64,000 nucleotides of DNA, from positions 1-64,000 of the forward strand of contig JBNGDF010000007.1 of assembly GCA_049975265.1 (NCBI GenBank), read 5' to 3'. Within the stretch, counting starts at the first letter, position 1. Each line of letters opens with the position of its first letter. Below, piece by piece: positions 9,208 through 18,654 of this stretch. The position numbers and the translations under genes were made by a program. This DNA comes from Fidelibacterota bacterium. GTDB taxonomy: Bacteria; Fidelibacterota; UBA2242. The notes beneath the pieces are model-generated. The model did not search any database. It was not told the DNA's origin and saw only the letters and a list, made by a program, of their open reading frames with translations.

Positions 9208-9240
9208 TTCGACTCCTTTTAGCTTAACCTCAGCCTTAAT

Positions 9241-10269
9241 CTATAATTTTAGCGGCAACGCCACCTTTTTTCCGGTTTGGGCGGATTTGTAGATGGCGAT
9301 GATCAGCTCCAGGCTTTTGCGTCCGCTGCGTCCGTCGGTGTCGGGTTCGGCGGCGCCGTTCAGCACTGCAATCACATTTTTATAAAACGGGAGATGACCG
9401 AGACCATAGACGTTGGGCGGATTGTAGTTGGATTCTTCGATCAGGCGATCATCATCGTCGTAATCTTCAAATTCCCACTTATCAATATGATTGACGGCAA
9501 TGCCGCCGACTTTGGCGGTGCCCTTTTCGCCCAGAATGGTGATGGAGCCTTCGAAATTTTTGGGATAGGTCAGCATAGTGACGTTGATCATACCGATGGC
9601 GCCGTTCCGGAATTTCAGGATCGCCGAACCGGTATCTTCGGTTTCAATCTGGCGCTCCATGGTAGCGGTTTCCGCCATGACGTGCTCCACCGGACCGATC
9701 AGCCACTGGACGGCGTCCACGTAATGGCTGGCTTGATTCATAAAGGAGCCGCCGTCGAATTCCCAGGTGCCGCGCCATTTGGCGAGATCATAATAGCTCT
9801 GGGGACGCTGCCAGAAAACATTGGACTGGACCATGTAGATTTTCCCGAAACGCCCTTTATCCACGGCGCGCTTGAGCAACTGCAGGGTGGTATTGAGGCG
9901 ATTTTGCTTGACGACGAAGAGTTCGACTTTTGATTTGTCGCAGGCATGTATCAATTCATCCGCCGACTCCAGCGTAATCGCCATGGGCTTCTCGACGATC
10001 ACATGCAATCCCTTCCGGGCGGCGGCAATCCCGTGCTGGGGATGCAGTCCGCTGGGTGTACAGATGGAAACCAGGTCCAGCTCTTCCTTTTCGAGCAACT
10101 TTTCGTAATCGGTATACCAGTTCACGTGGTACTTTTCACCCGCGGCTCTGGCGCGTTCCGCCTGGATGTCGCAGACAGCGGTCAGCTTCAAGTCATTGGA
10201 CAGCTGAGCGATGGATTCCAGGTGCTTACCGGATATTCGTCCGCAACCGATCAGGGCAATTTTTTGCAT
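9241..10269 (-). CDS. Gfo/Idh/MocA oxidoreductase, WbpB/WlbA-like UDP-GlcNAcA 3-dehydrogenase
   Basis: IGCGRIS, VEKPMA, VVKQNR, WRGTWEFDGG, NQASHYVD. Confidence 0.88.
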   Translation of the reverse strand: MQKIALIGCGRISGKHLESIAQLSNDLKLTAVCDIQAERARAAGEKYHVNWYTDYEKLLEKEELDLVSICTPSGLHPQHGIAAARKGLHVIVEKPMAITLESADELIHACDKSKVELFVVKQNRLNTTLQLLKRAVDKGRFGKIYMVQSNVFWQRPQSYYDLAKWRGTWEFDGGSFMNQASHYVDAVQWLIGPVEHVMAETATMERQIETEDTGSAILKFRNGAIGMINVTMLTYPKNFEGSITILGEKGTAKVGGIAVNHIDKWEFEDYDDDDRLIEESNYNPPNVYGLGHLPFYKNVIAVLNGAAEPDTDGRSGRKSLELIIAIYKSAQTGKKVALPLKL

Positions 10270-10356
10270 AATATCACCTCATCATGGATTGAATACTCAT
10301 AGTCTTTTATCGTTTTGAAATAAGAATAATCCTGATTTTCAGGTATTTTGGGCTGA

Positions 10357-12567
10357 TTATTTCGGGCTTGAAATGACGCGGGCATTTTTAGCCGTCTCGA
10401 TATCCCTGACTATCTCGGGTCGCAATAATCTCCAGTGAAAACGCAGGTGATCGTTTTCCCGCCAGGATTTTCCATCCTGCTCACTGTAATGAACCAGCGG
10501 CATGTCGTTATAAATGGGGCGGGTGATCGCAATGACTTCATCCCAGTACTGCAGGGCTTTTTTGAGGTGTCTGACCGCCTGACGTTTATAGGGAACTTTG
10601 CCACTTATTCGATAACTCTGCAGGGCGACGGCGCCTCTTAATTTTTCACTAAAAAACAGACCCAGATGCGCCCAGGTCTTTATATCAGAGACTTCGAACA
10701 TCAGGGCAGTATTTTTGGAATAATCGATATCCTCGACCAATTTTAGGGCACGGCGGCAATCCTGATCAAGTTGGTCGGCTAGCACTATCGGAGTAATTTG
10801 ATTCTCCTGAAAGGACTGACCGGCTAAGATTGTATTCACATATTCTTTAACAGAGATCAGGCTGGTATCAAGAGGCGGCTGATGGATCTGGCGGTTCACC
10901 GATATATAGTCAACACGTTTTTTGGGGGGATCCAGCGCCAGAAAACCTTCACTGTACAGTGTAAAATCCCAGGTGCAGTCAAACGAGGAAGCCAAGCGCA
11001 AAGGGGTTTTACCCGCCAGCGCAAAGGCTTCAAAAAGGACTTCGGTTTCGGCTCCGTATCGCCGAATGAACTCTTGTCTAAAAACTGCATCCGGCGTATC
11101 CGGGTCATACAGCAGTCTGCCCCAGAGCTTGTAGAATAGCCACTGACGTTCAAACGCATAGTCCCAATCAACGTCAATATCAGGCTTCGTGAAATAGTCT
11201 TTAGCCGGGATATAGGTTTCTGAGCCGACAAAATATCCACCAACATAAGGGTGTGTGTTCGTTTTGATATGTGCACGCACGAAGTCGGCGACTCCCCAGC
11301 GCAGACAGAAAAAGTCCTCATTGCGGACGGTCCAGATTATGCGGTATTTGGTCGGTTCCGGATCGAAATATGTGCCGTACAGTCTGCCGCCGTGTACCTT
11401 GATCAGCCGGGGGGTCGAATGGGCGTGCGACCAGTTAAATTTCATACTCGCCCAGACCGGCTTTTCGATAAAATTCAGATCGGCTTCCTGTTCGATCCCT
11501 TGGCGGGTAATCTGTTCCATCTCAATCGTAGTAGCCCCCAAAGATGCGGTGCTTCCGGAGAAAGGAATGCGGTGAATCAGTTTGGATTTACGATCAGCCA
11601 GCCGCATACCCTCGATGATCGTCTCTCTCATCCAGTTTTCGCGTTCCTGAGGGGTCATGCCGCCCATACCTTCGCCAAGAGTCAATCCCATACCACTCAG
11701 CTCGGGGTATTCCTGCAAAACCTGCGCGACGCATTCCTGGGTATACCTTTTGATGATTTCAGATGTATCGCCCTGAACATAATGATGATGTTCCAGGTTA
11801 TTGAGCGCTACCTTGTGGGCTTTTGCAAATTCCGGAGAAACGAAAATATTAAAGGGGATCAGATAGGTTTCAATGCCGCGTTCAGCCGCCATCCCCAGAA
11901 TCGCATGAAAAAGATTTTGCCATGCCTGCATTTGCTCGTCATTCCACGGGCTGGCTTCCGGGAAATTTCTGGGCTTGATCATGAAGGGGTACGGATGCAG
12001 ATTCCAGAGCGTCAATGTATTGAAGCGGTTGGCGCTCATCATATCCAGAAAGGCTTCCCAGAATTCCGGTTTGGCACAGGTTTCCTGATGCAAATCCAGG
12101 GCGTAGCTGTGGCGATAGGTATCCCACGGAAGATCAAACTTAATAGCCCGGAACGGCAGTTTGGCGGTCTCTTTTCTGGCTTTTACATCGCGTATCCGGA
12201 CCCCGTTGCGAATATCTTCCGCCAGCGCCAGTGCGCCGTATATTATTCCGCGACCATCAGCCCCTCTGATAATTATCCGATTTTTTTTCGGTACAATACA
12301 AAATGCTTCGGGGCTGAAACGGACGGTATCAATTACGAGATGAATATCGAATTCAGCCGACTGACTGACTACCGAACAGCCGCTCTCTGCGAGCGCTTTG
12401 CGGAGCATTCTGATCGCATAATCGGATTGCGGTGAAGGGCTTGCCGAATTGATGGAAATGATTTCAGCTGAATTTACCCAGACCGGAAAGATTATAAGTA
12501 ATCCTAACAGGATTCCTGACAAGCGGTACAATTTTATATGACGATCAGAATTTCTCTCTTTTCTCAT
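10357..12567 (-). CDS. Secreted hypothetical protein with GH20/GH67-like N-terminal domain (putative carbohydrate-active enzyme)
   Basis: Signal-like N-terminus from ATG 12567; PEAFCI..IRGADGRGIIYGAL..PFRAIKF; FLDMM..RFNTLTLW. Confidence 0.6.
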   Translation of the reverse strand: MRKERNSDRHIKLYRLSGILLGLLIIFPVWVNSAEIISINSASPSPQSDYAIRMLRKALAESGCSVVSQSAEFDIHLVIDTVRFSPEAFCIVPKKNRIIIRGADGRGIIYGALALAEDIRNGVRIRDVKARKETAKLPFRAIKFDLPWDTYRHSYALDLHQETCAKPEFWEAFLDMMSANRFNTLTLWNLHPYPFMIKPRNFPEASPWNDEQMQAWQNLFHAILGMAAERGIETYLIPFNIFVSPEFAKAHKVALNNLEHHHYVQGDTSEIIKRYTQECVAQVLQEYPELSGMGLTLGEGMGGMTPQERENWMRETIIEGMRLADRKSKLIHRIPFSGSTASLGATTIEMEQITRQGIEQEADLNFIEKPVWASMKFNWSHAHSTPRLIKVHGGRLYGTYFDPEPTKYRIIWTVRNEDFFCLRWGVADFVRAHIKTNTHPYVGGYFVGSETYIPAKDYFTKPDIDVDWDYAFERQWLFYKLWGRLLYDPDTPDAVFRQEFIRRYGAETEVLFEAFALAGKTPLRLASSFDCTWDFTLYSEGFLALDPPKKRVDYISVNRQIHQPPLDTSLISVKEYVNTILAGQSFQENQITPIVLADQLDQDCRRALKLVEDIDYSKNTALMFEVSDIKTWAHLGLFFSEKLRGAVALQSYRISGKVPYKRQAVRHLKKALQYWDEVIAITRPIYNDMPLVHYSEQDGKSWRENDHLRFHWRLLRPEIVRDIETAKNARVISSPK

Positions 12568-12601
12568 CTTACCTGAATAAACAGCTGTATTTACTGTGTT
12601 T

Positions 12602-13174
12602 CTATTTTGCCTGTAATCTGTCATTGGTGAGCCGATAGCGGCGTCCACAGCGCGGGCATTTGACCTCTTTATCGAATTTTGGCAGGATTTCGCCGCATTC
12701 GCAAGCCCAACCGATTCGTCTGGCAGGCACTCCAACCATCAGGGCATAATCAGGTACATCTCTGGTCACCACCGCGCCGGCACCTATGAAGGCGTGTTTT
12801 CCGATGGTATTGCCACAGACGATCGTGGCATTGGCACCGATGGACGCCCCCTCTTTGACCAGGGTCTTATGGTAAAACTCCGAACCGCGCTGAGGGTATT
12901 TGCAGCGGGGATCGATCACGTTGGTAAAGACCATCGAGGGTCCGCAAAAGACATAATCCTCAAGAGTGACTCCCTCATAGACCGAGACATTGTTCTGAAT
13001 TTTCACGAAATTGCCGATTACAACGTTATTCCCAATATTGACGTTTTGACCAATGGAACATTTCTGACCAATGACCGCGCCGGATTGAATATGGCAAAAG
13101 TGCCAGATTTTGGTGTCCTCACCAATCTGAACATTCTCATCAACATAGCTGGATTCATGGATGAAGGGTTTCAT
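12602..13174 (-). CDS. Hexapeptide N-acetyltransferase, WbpD/WlbB-like
   Basis: [40 protein letters not shown]. Confidence 0.9.
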   Translation of the reverse strand: MKPFIHESSYVDENVQIGEDTKIWHFCHIQSGAVIGQKCSIGQNVNIGNNVVIGNFVKIQNNVSVYEGVTLEDYVFCGPSMVFTNVIDPRCKYPQRGSEFYHKTLVKEGASIGANATIVCGNTIGKHAFIGAGAVVTRDVPDYALMVGVPARRIGWACECGEILPKFDKEVKCPRCGRRYRLTNDRLQAK

Positions 13175-13229
13175 GTTTAAGTTCCTTTAAGTGCATGATT
13201 GCATGATTGCATGGTTGGTGTAAATTAAT

Positions 13230-13664
13230 TTATTGATAATCTGAATTCCATTTCCCGCCTGCATTTATCTTTTTTAAAATCGCTTTATTCATCTGAATGA
13301 TTTTATTTTCAATCTCATATAATTTTGTATCTAAAGATTCGAAACCGGAAAGTTTTATTTGTCCGGCAGCTTTCAGAGCATGAATTTGTGAATAACTTTC
13401 GGCAGTCGAGCTAAGGGCTATTTCATTGAATCTAAGGTTTTCTTTTGGAGAGCGGCGAGCATAATCCTCGGCAATATTCGATGAAATTGATAATGCCGAA
13501 TCCTCAATCTGGGCTTTCACTTTATACGGGATTGATACACATCTGGACATTACCGTGACAATCATTTTATAATAATCAATCGAAAGTTGCCATATATCTA
13601 ATTTCCTAAATCCCCGATTGATATTTTTCCGTCTAATATGCTCTTCAGCCATGCAGCCATACAC
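13230..13664 (-). CDS. Four-helix-bundle protein
   Basis: RGFRKLDIWQLS..QIEDSALSISSNIAEDYAR..IALSSTAE; AT-rich; the true start may be ATG 13652. Confidence 0.8.
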   Translation of the reverse strand: MYGCMAEEHIRRKNINRGFRKLDIWQLSIDYYKMIVTVMSRCVSIPYKVKAQIEDSALSISSNIAEDYARRSPKENLRFNEIALSSTAESYSQIHALKAAGQIKLSGFESLDTKLYEIENKIIQMNKAILKKINAGGKWNSDYQ

Positions 13665-13730
13665 TCATGCACTTATATAACCATTCTCCCCTACCTTATA
13701 TTTAAAATTTTCCCATAAAAAAATCTTCAC

Positions 13731-14864
13731 TTAAAAGAACTTACGAATCTTCTCCACCACATACGCCTGCTGCTCCTCTGAAAGTTCCGGATAAATGGGG
13801 AGGGCGATGGTATGTTCGGCGGCATACTCGCTGTGGGGAAACGCCCCCCGCTCGTAACCGAGGTAGCGGAAGCACTCCTGCAGGTGGAACGGCACCGGAT
13901 AGTAGACCTCATGTCCAATCTCATTTTCATTCAGGTACTTGCGCAGCTCATCCCGCTTATGGGGTACACTCAGAATGTACTGATTATAGATATGATACTC
14001 CCGCCGGTAGGCAATCATCGGTGTCTGCATGCCCGGCTGATTCAAGTGCTCATCGTAATAGGCAGCGTTATGCTGACGAGCGGTATGCCACTGATCCAGG
14101 TATTTGAGCTTGACCAACAGAGCCGCCGCCTGAATCGGGTCCAGACGAAAATTGCCGCCGATCAGGGCATGGTAATACTTGGGATGGGAACCGTGATTGC
14201 GCAGTTTGATCAGCTTCTCCGCCAGTTCACCATCGTTCGTCGTTACCATCCCGCCGTCGCCGATTCCGCCCAGATTTTTACTGGGAAAAAAGGAAAAGCA
14301 GCCCATGAGTCCCATGGAACCGGCTTTTTTCAGACCGCTTTCCGAAGGATACCGGGCGCCAATCGCCTGGGCGGCATCTTCGATCACCGGTATCTTGTGC
14401 TCTGCCGCCAGTGCCATGATGGGGTCCATATCGGCACACTGTCCGTAGAGATGAACCGGGATAATCGCCTTGACCAGCGCAATCCGCTCCGGATTGTCAG
14501 TAAACCATCGTTTCAGGGCAACCGGATCGAGATTGTAGGTCTTCGGATCAATATCCACAAACACCGGCACTGCGTGCAGGCGGGCAACCACACCGGCAGT
14601 GGCGAAAAATGAGTAAGGTGTGGTCAACACCAGATCACCGGGTTGAATATCCAGAGCCATCAACGCCACCAGCAGGGCATCGGTGCCGGACGAAACCCCC
14701 ACCGCGTAATCGGTTTCACAATAAGCGGCGATTTGTCGCTCCAATTCCGTCACCTGGGGTCCCATAATATAGCGGGTGGATTCCAGAACATTCGTGACAG
14801 CCGTTTGCAGTTCGTCATGAATCTGCTCCAGCTGCGCTTTCAAGTCAAGCAGAGGTACTTTCAT
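13731..14864 (-). CDS. DegT/DnrJ/EryC1/StrS aminotransferase, WbpE-like
   Basis: SSGTDAL, PVHLYGQ, IEDAAQAIGA, FSFFPSKNLGGIGDGG. Confidence 0.92.
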   Translation of the reverse strand: MKVPLLDLKAQLEQIHDELQTAVTNVLESTRYIMGPQVTELERQIAAYCETDYAVGVSSGTDALLVALMALDIQPGDLVLTTPYSFFATAGVVARLHAVPVFVDIDPKTYNLDPVALKRWFTDNPERIALVKAIIPVHLYGQCADMDPIMALAAEHKIPVIEDAAQAIGARYPSESGLKKAGSMGLMGCFSFFPSKNLGGIGDGGMVTTNDGELAEKLIKLRNHGSHPKYYHALIGGNFRLDPIQAAALLVKLKYLDQWHTARQHNAAYYDEHLNQPGMQTPMIAYRREYHIYNQYILSVPHKRDELRKYLNENEIGHEVYYPVPFHLQECFRYLGYERGAFPHSEYAAEHTIALPIYPELSEEQQAYVVEKIRKFF

Positions 14865-14924
14865 AAACTACTCATAATTAATTGGTTATAAATTTTCCTT
14901 GAGGCTGACCGGTCCGGCTCCGGG

Positions 14925-14962
14925 CAGGGCTTCGCCTCCTCAGTCCCAGACACCGAGGGGGC
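14925..14962 (-). promoter_or_regulatory. JUMPstart/ops-like hairpin element, copy 2
   Basis: Minus strand GCCCCCTCGGT..ACTGAGGAGGC followed by GAAGCCCTG, about 60 nt upstream of the DegT gene. Confidence 0.5.
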
Positions 14963-15354
14963 AATGTGTAGAACATATAATTTCTACTTATTTTTTATAA
15001 AAACCAGTGACAAAACGCACGCTGCAAGCGAGCCTCTTCCTGGACGTTTCTCCCATGAATATAATTTTCGGTAATACCATTCTTTCCGGTCACCCGTCCA
15101 AGTCTGTTCAGCGTAGTTCTATATTATCGTCAATGGTTGTCGTTTCACAGTTCTCTTATCGGGCACTATTATACAAAAATTATCCGTTTTTCACAAACCC
15201 TTTGACCGGATTTCCGGAAGGCTGTCTGTCGGTTTTGAATCACGCCGATTGATATGTATCCGGACCTCATCCGATCTACTCCTTTCCCGATACAGACTGA
15301 ACCGGTTGTTACTCCTGCTGCAGGCTGACCGGTAAAATAGTTCATTGACTGCCT

Positions 15355-15522
15355 TCACCGGTAATAATTGTGCCAAATGACAATCCCCAAAAATGTCACG
15401 TATTTACTATAACATTCGCGACATTCCCAGCAACAGCTAAACGGAACCAGACGCATCCAGCGTTTGCGACGCACTTTACGAAATCGCCGTCCCCCGCAGC
15501 GCGGACACTGATATGGCACCAT
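15355..15522 (-). CDS. Small basic zinc-ribbon protein (55 aa, not in ORF track)
   Basis: MVPYQCPRCGGRRFRKVRRKRWMRLVPFSCCWECRECYSKYVTFLGIVIWHNYYR; two CxxC pairs; AGGGGGG SD. Confidence 0.65.
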   Translation of the reverse strand: MVPYQCPRCGGRRFRKVRRKRWMRLVPFSCCWECRECYSKYVTFLGIVIWHNYYR

Positions 15523-15658
15523 GTACCCCCCCTATCTATTTCGGACATGAAATTTTGTCAAATAAGCTCCCTGGCATTTCCCAGGGTCCAACCTACTCTA
15601 GATAGAACCATTTACCCTTTGTGAAATTATGTCGGACGTTTTAGAAAATCAAACAATA

Positions 15659-16609
15659 TTATTCAGGATTTCCGAACATCTTCGTCAGGATTCGATCCAG
15701 CGCATGAAAGTCCAGATTGCCGGACAGCCGATACGCCGGCAGTATGCGGCTCAGCCGGTACAGAAAATCGTTGTTGCGGCGGGTCAGACCGGGTTCGGAA
15801 TTCAGAAAGGCGACGGAGAGCAATTTTTGATAAGTCTGAACAGGATCAATGGTATGAAGGGCGATGCGTTCCGACTGCTCTACAAAGCAGATCGCCGCCA
15901 CGGGTAAACGCTCCCGGATTTGCCCCGGAAAATAGTCACCCAGACGGATAATCCGTTTCCCGTTAAAGCGTTCTGTTGCGCCGAGATAATAGGTAAAGCG
16001 TCGCCAGCTGTTCCAGCTGACTTTCGCCTTTTCCGGACCGCCCAAAGCCCGGAACCCAGACTCACCCTCCAAAAAGGTTTCATCGTCGGAAACCAACTGC
16101 CAGCCCTCACTCAGCAGACCGATGCTCAACGTGGTTTTCCCGGAACCAGAGCGACCGGCGAACAATATGCCACCGGTATCCTTCGCCAGACATGCTGCAT
16201 GGATCAGATAAAGGTCGTGGCATTTCAATAATTCACTCAGCGGAATGGTGACGATCCAGTTACTCAGAGCCGCCCGGTACGCCAGGGCGCGCTCCATGAT
16301 GACCGCCGTAACCTTTCTGGTTGTATACTCGACGGTAACTCGAATCGCATCGTCGAGATAGCTCAATTGCAGACAGCCGGCGTCGGGGTCAAAGCGGTGT
16401 TTCAGCGCCGTATTCCATGAGGCGTCGCCCCGGGAATCATGAATCAGATCGATATAGAAATCGAAACAGTCACGGGGCGCATCGGTCCGGCGAGCGTCAT
16501 CGTAGAGAAATTGCTCTTGTAAAATATCGATCAGGATCGCCTGATTGGCGAAAAACCGACATTGGAAATCCAGAAAAAATAGTTCAGTGCTGTAGGGGTA
16601 TGCCGTCAC
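15659..16609 (-). CDS. HprK-related P-loop kinase (RiPP-associated type)
   Basis: LIHAAC..LFAGRSGSGKTTLS..LVSDDE motif order of HPr kinase-like C-terminal domains. Confidence 0.8.
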   Translation of the reverse strand: MTAYPYSTELFFLDFQCRFFANQAILIDILQEQFLYDDARRTDAPRDCFDFYIDLIHDSRGDASWNTALKHRFDPDAGCLQLSYLDDAIRVTVEYTTRKVTAVIMERALAYRAALSNWIVTIPLSELLKCHDLYLIHAACLAKDTGGILFAGRSGSGKTTLSIGLLSEGWQLVSDDETFLEGESGFRALGGPEKAKVSWNSWRRFTYYLGATERFNGKRIIRLGDYFPGQIRERLPVAAICFVEQSERIALHTIDPVQTYQKLLSVAFLNSEPGLTRRNNDFLYRLSRILPAYRLSGNLDFHALDRILTKMFGNPE

Positions 16610-16618
16610 CTGGACACA

Positions 16619-16879
16619 TCAGGCTTTTTGGATGAGATTTTCGGCAAGCAGCTGTCCGATAAAATCACCGACATCCCGTTTTGCCTGACGTTGTGAGACC
16701 GCAAACCGGTCAATCACCCGATTGACAATATCCGTCAGCCCGTGACGACCGTCCAGCAACGGCCAGATAAAAGTGCCCACCCGGTTTAAACGAAAATAGT
16801 AGCCGCTGGTGAGGTCCAGCACGACGCTCTCGTCATCAAAGGGTTTCCAGTCGACATGCTCACAAGGTGTGTATTTCAA
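16619..16879 (-). CDS. PqqD-family stand-alone RiPP recognition element (RRE)
   Basis: 86 aa; VVLDLTSGYYFRLNRVGTFIW..LLDG..DVGDFIGQLLAENLI. Confidence 0.9.
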   Translation of the reverse strand: MKYTPCEHVDWKPFDDESVVLDLTSGYYFRLNRVGTFIWPLLDGRHGLTDIVNRVIDRFAVSQRQAKRDVGDFIGQLLAENLIQKA

Positions 16880-18048
16880 TTGGGCGCCTCCTCTTCCGTT
16901 TGATCAAAAATGAGATCGCTGATCGCCCGGCAACGTAGTTTGAGATAGGTCACCCGGGTGGGACCGCCCTGCTCAGTAAGATAGAAATGTTTTACCGTTT
17001 CCATCGGCGGAAAGAGTTGTCGCCAGAGATATGTCAGTCGGCGGGACCAGCCCTCTAAATAGTACATGGGCAGCAGAAGACGCGCCCGTGAAGGTGAGAG
17101 GGGCAGACAACCCTGCAGGATTATCCGGCTGTTGATCCGGCGATGCTCCTTTGCGCCGTTCCCGGCATAGTCCGTCAGGGCACGCGGAAGACGTCCGAAT
17201 AGCGTTTGGCTGATTCCTGCAAAATGGCGTGCCAGCCGGTGTAAACGGTTGTTCACAATAAGGTGTTGAAACCGGTCCCGGTTCAGACCGGGCTGGTCCA
17301 TCAGCATAAACGCATCGATGAACCAGATCAATTTGAAAAAATAGTGTTTAAAGGCGTGATAAAGGGCATAAACCGCCTGATATTCCGGGGCAAAGGTTTG
17401 CAACTCCTGACCATCGAGCCGGAACGGCTGACAATGGTTCCAAAAATCCTCCACATTAAACTGAAACGGATGCAACCGGCTGCTGAGAGCGAGGTGCAGA
17501 TCGATGGCAATATTGAGCGGTTGCGGACGGTTAAAGTGCCGGGCGAAGGCGTACTTTTTAATAATGTCATCGGGAAATAACCGGTAGAGGTCTTCAGCAG
17601 CGACAAAGCCTTCCGCATTGAGCAGTTCTTCAATTTGCGGATAATCCTCAGCCCGGATCAGGATATCCAGATCCCCAAAAGAGCGCAAATAGTCTTTCGG
17701 ATAGACCGCCTTTGCCGTCACAATCCCCTTAAACAGGCAGTAAGCGATACCGAGAGACCGAAGATGTTTGTTCCACTGTTTTAAAAAGTGCTCATACGCC
17801 ATAATCCGACTGACATTCAGCAAGGTATAGCGCTTCAGGTAATCTTCGGTCGCCTCTGTCAGAGGCAGTCCGACCGCCGCAAGCTCCCGTCGAAAATGGT
17901 ACGCCAGTCCTGCAACCTGATGATAGTGGAGTTGTTCAATCAACACAGAACCATCCGTCGCGGGCGGGTCGGTGGCTGCCGGTTTTTCCGGCGCAACTCC
18001 GCTTAAGAGCCGGCAGATCATCCGTAAAGTGGCATCTTGGGATATCAT
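16876..18048 (-). CDS. Nucleotidyltransferase (NTP_transf_5-like)
   Basis: LFKG..YP..LRSFGDLDILI, IDLH, H..KH...LIWFID motifs. Confidence 0.82.
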   Translation of the reverse strand: MISQDATLRMICRLLSGVAPEKPAATDPPATDGSVLIEQLHYHQVAGLAYHFRRELAAVGLPLTEATEDYLKRYTLLNVSRIMAYEHFLKQWNKHLRSLGIAYCLFKGIVTAKAVYPKDYLRSFGDLDILIRAEDYPQIEELLNAEGFVAAEDLYRLFPDDIIKKYAFARHFNRPQPLNIAIDLHLALSSRLHPFQFNVEDFWNHCQPFRLDGQELQTFAPEYQAVYALYHAFKHYFFKLIWFIDAFMLMDQPGLNRDRFQHLIVNNRLHRLARHFAGISQTLFGRLPRALTDYAGNGAKEHRRINSRIILQGCLPLSPSRARLLLPMYYLEGWSRRLTYLWRQLFPPMETVKHFYLTEQGGPTRVTYLKLRCRAISDLIFDQTEEEAPN

Positions 18049-18118
18049 TGGTGAAATATAAGGAGTTATTTTTAAGAGGTAAAGAAAAGATTTGCCGGTT
18101 TCCGTACCTTTTTCAGCG

Positions 18119-18502
18119 CTATGAACTCCTGCGCCGGTACAGACGTTCCCGAATCAATCCGACCAGGAGGTGTGGCAGAGTTGGTCGGATAACCTGCCGA
18201 TAGAACATCTGCCCTCCCTGCTCGCCAACCTGCTGGATCCGTCCCAGGTAAGTGCCGATCCGGAAAAGTCCCGCCACCCGATTCGCATCGCCCTTTTCGA
18301 TACCGTAGCGCCGCCAGCCGATGCGCAGGGTTCCGTAAAAACGGTGACAGACGATTTGATTCCCCCGCCGAAAGGCAATCAGCTCTCCGGGGCAGGGTTT
18401 CTGCTCTTCAAAATTCCCGACTTCGATGGAAAGCACGGCTCCCGGCGGAATAGCCGGGAGCATGCTGTTACCCTGAGATTTAATCTGAATTATTTTCGTC
18501 AA
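18119..18502 (-). CDS. S24/S26-family peptidase (signal-peptidase-like, no N-terminal anchor)
   Basis: GNSMLPAI (Ser), VCHRF (His), EKGDAN. Confidence 0.8.
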   Translation of the reverse strand: MTKIIQIKSQGNSMLPAIPPGAVLSIEVGNFEEQKPCPGELIAFRRGNQIVCHRFYGTLRIGWRRYGIEKGDANRVAGLFRIGTYLGRIQQVGEQGGQMFYRQVIRPTLPHLLVGLIRERLYRRRSS

Positions 18503-18509
18503 TCCGCTC

Positions 18510-18647
18510 TTACATCTCCCTCTGATCAGGAGTCATTTCCGGACCGGCGAAATCGGTTTGAATATTGGCTTCCAGCGTATACTTTTCAGTAATTCTGGGA
18601 GTTTCATAAACCAACCGCTCTTTTTCCGGCTCCAGATTTCTGATCAT
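18510..18647 (-). CDS. Putative RiPP precursor peptide B (45 aa, not in ORF track)
   Basis: MIRNLEPEKERLVYETPRITEKYTLEANIQTDFAGPEMTPDQREM; AGGTGA SD; fills the gap between two genes; aligns with precursor A. Confidence 0.8.
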   Translation of the reverse strand: MIRNLEPEKERLVYETPRITEKYTLEANIQTDFAGPEMTPDQREM

Positions 18648-18654
18648 TCATCAC

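Noticed and set aside
14900..14965. Hammerhead or HDV ribozyme (CTGAGGA on minus, CCTCCTC on plus)
   Set aside because: The required GAAA after stem II and the HDV P3 pairing are absent; better explained as the shared leader element.
15169..15270. 33-aa ORF MRSGYISIG... with AAAGGAG SD as a third precursor
   Set aside because: No YxxP or QT motif and no recognisable features; coding status unsupported.
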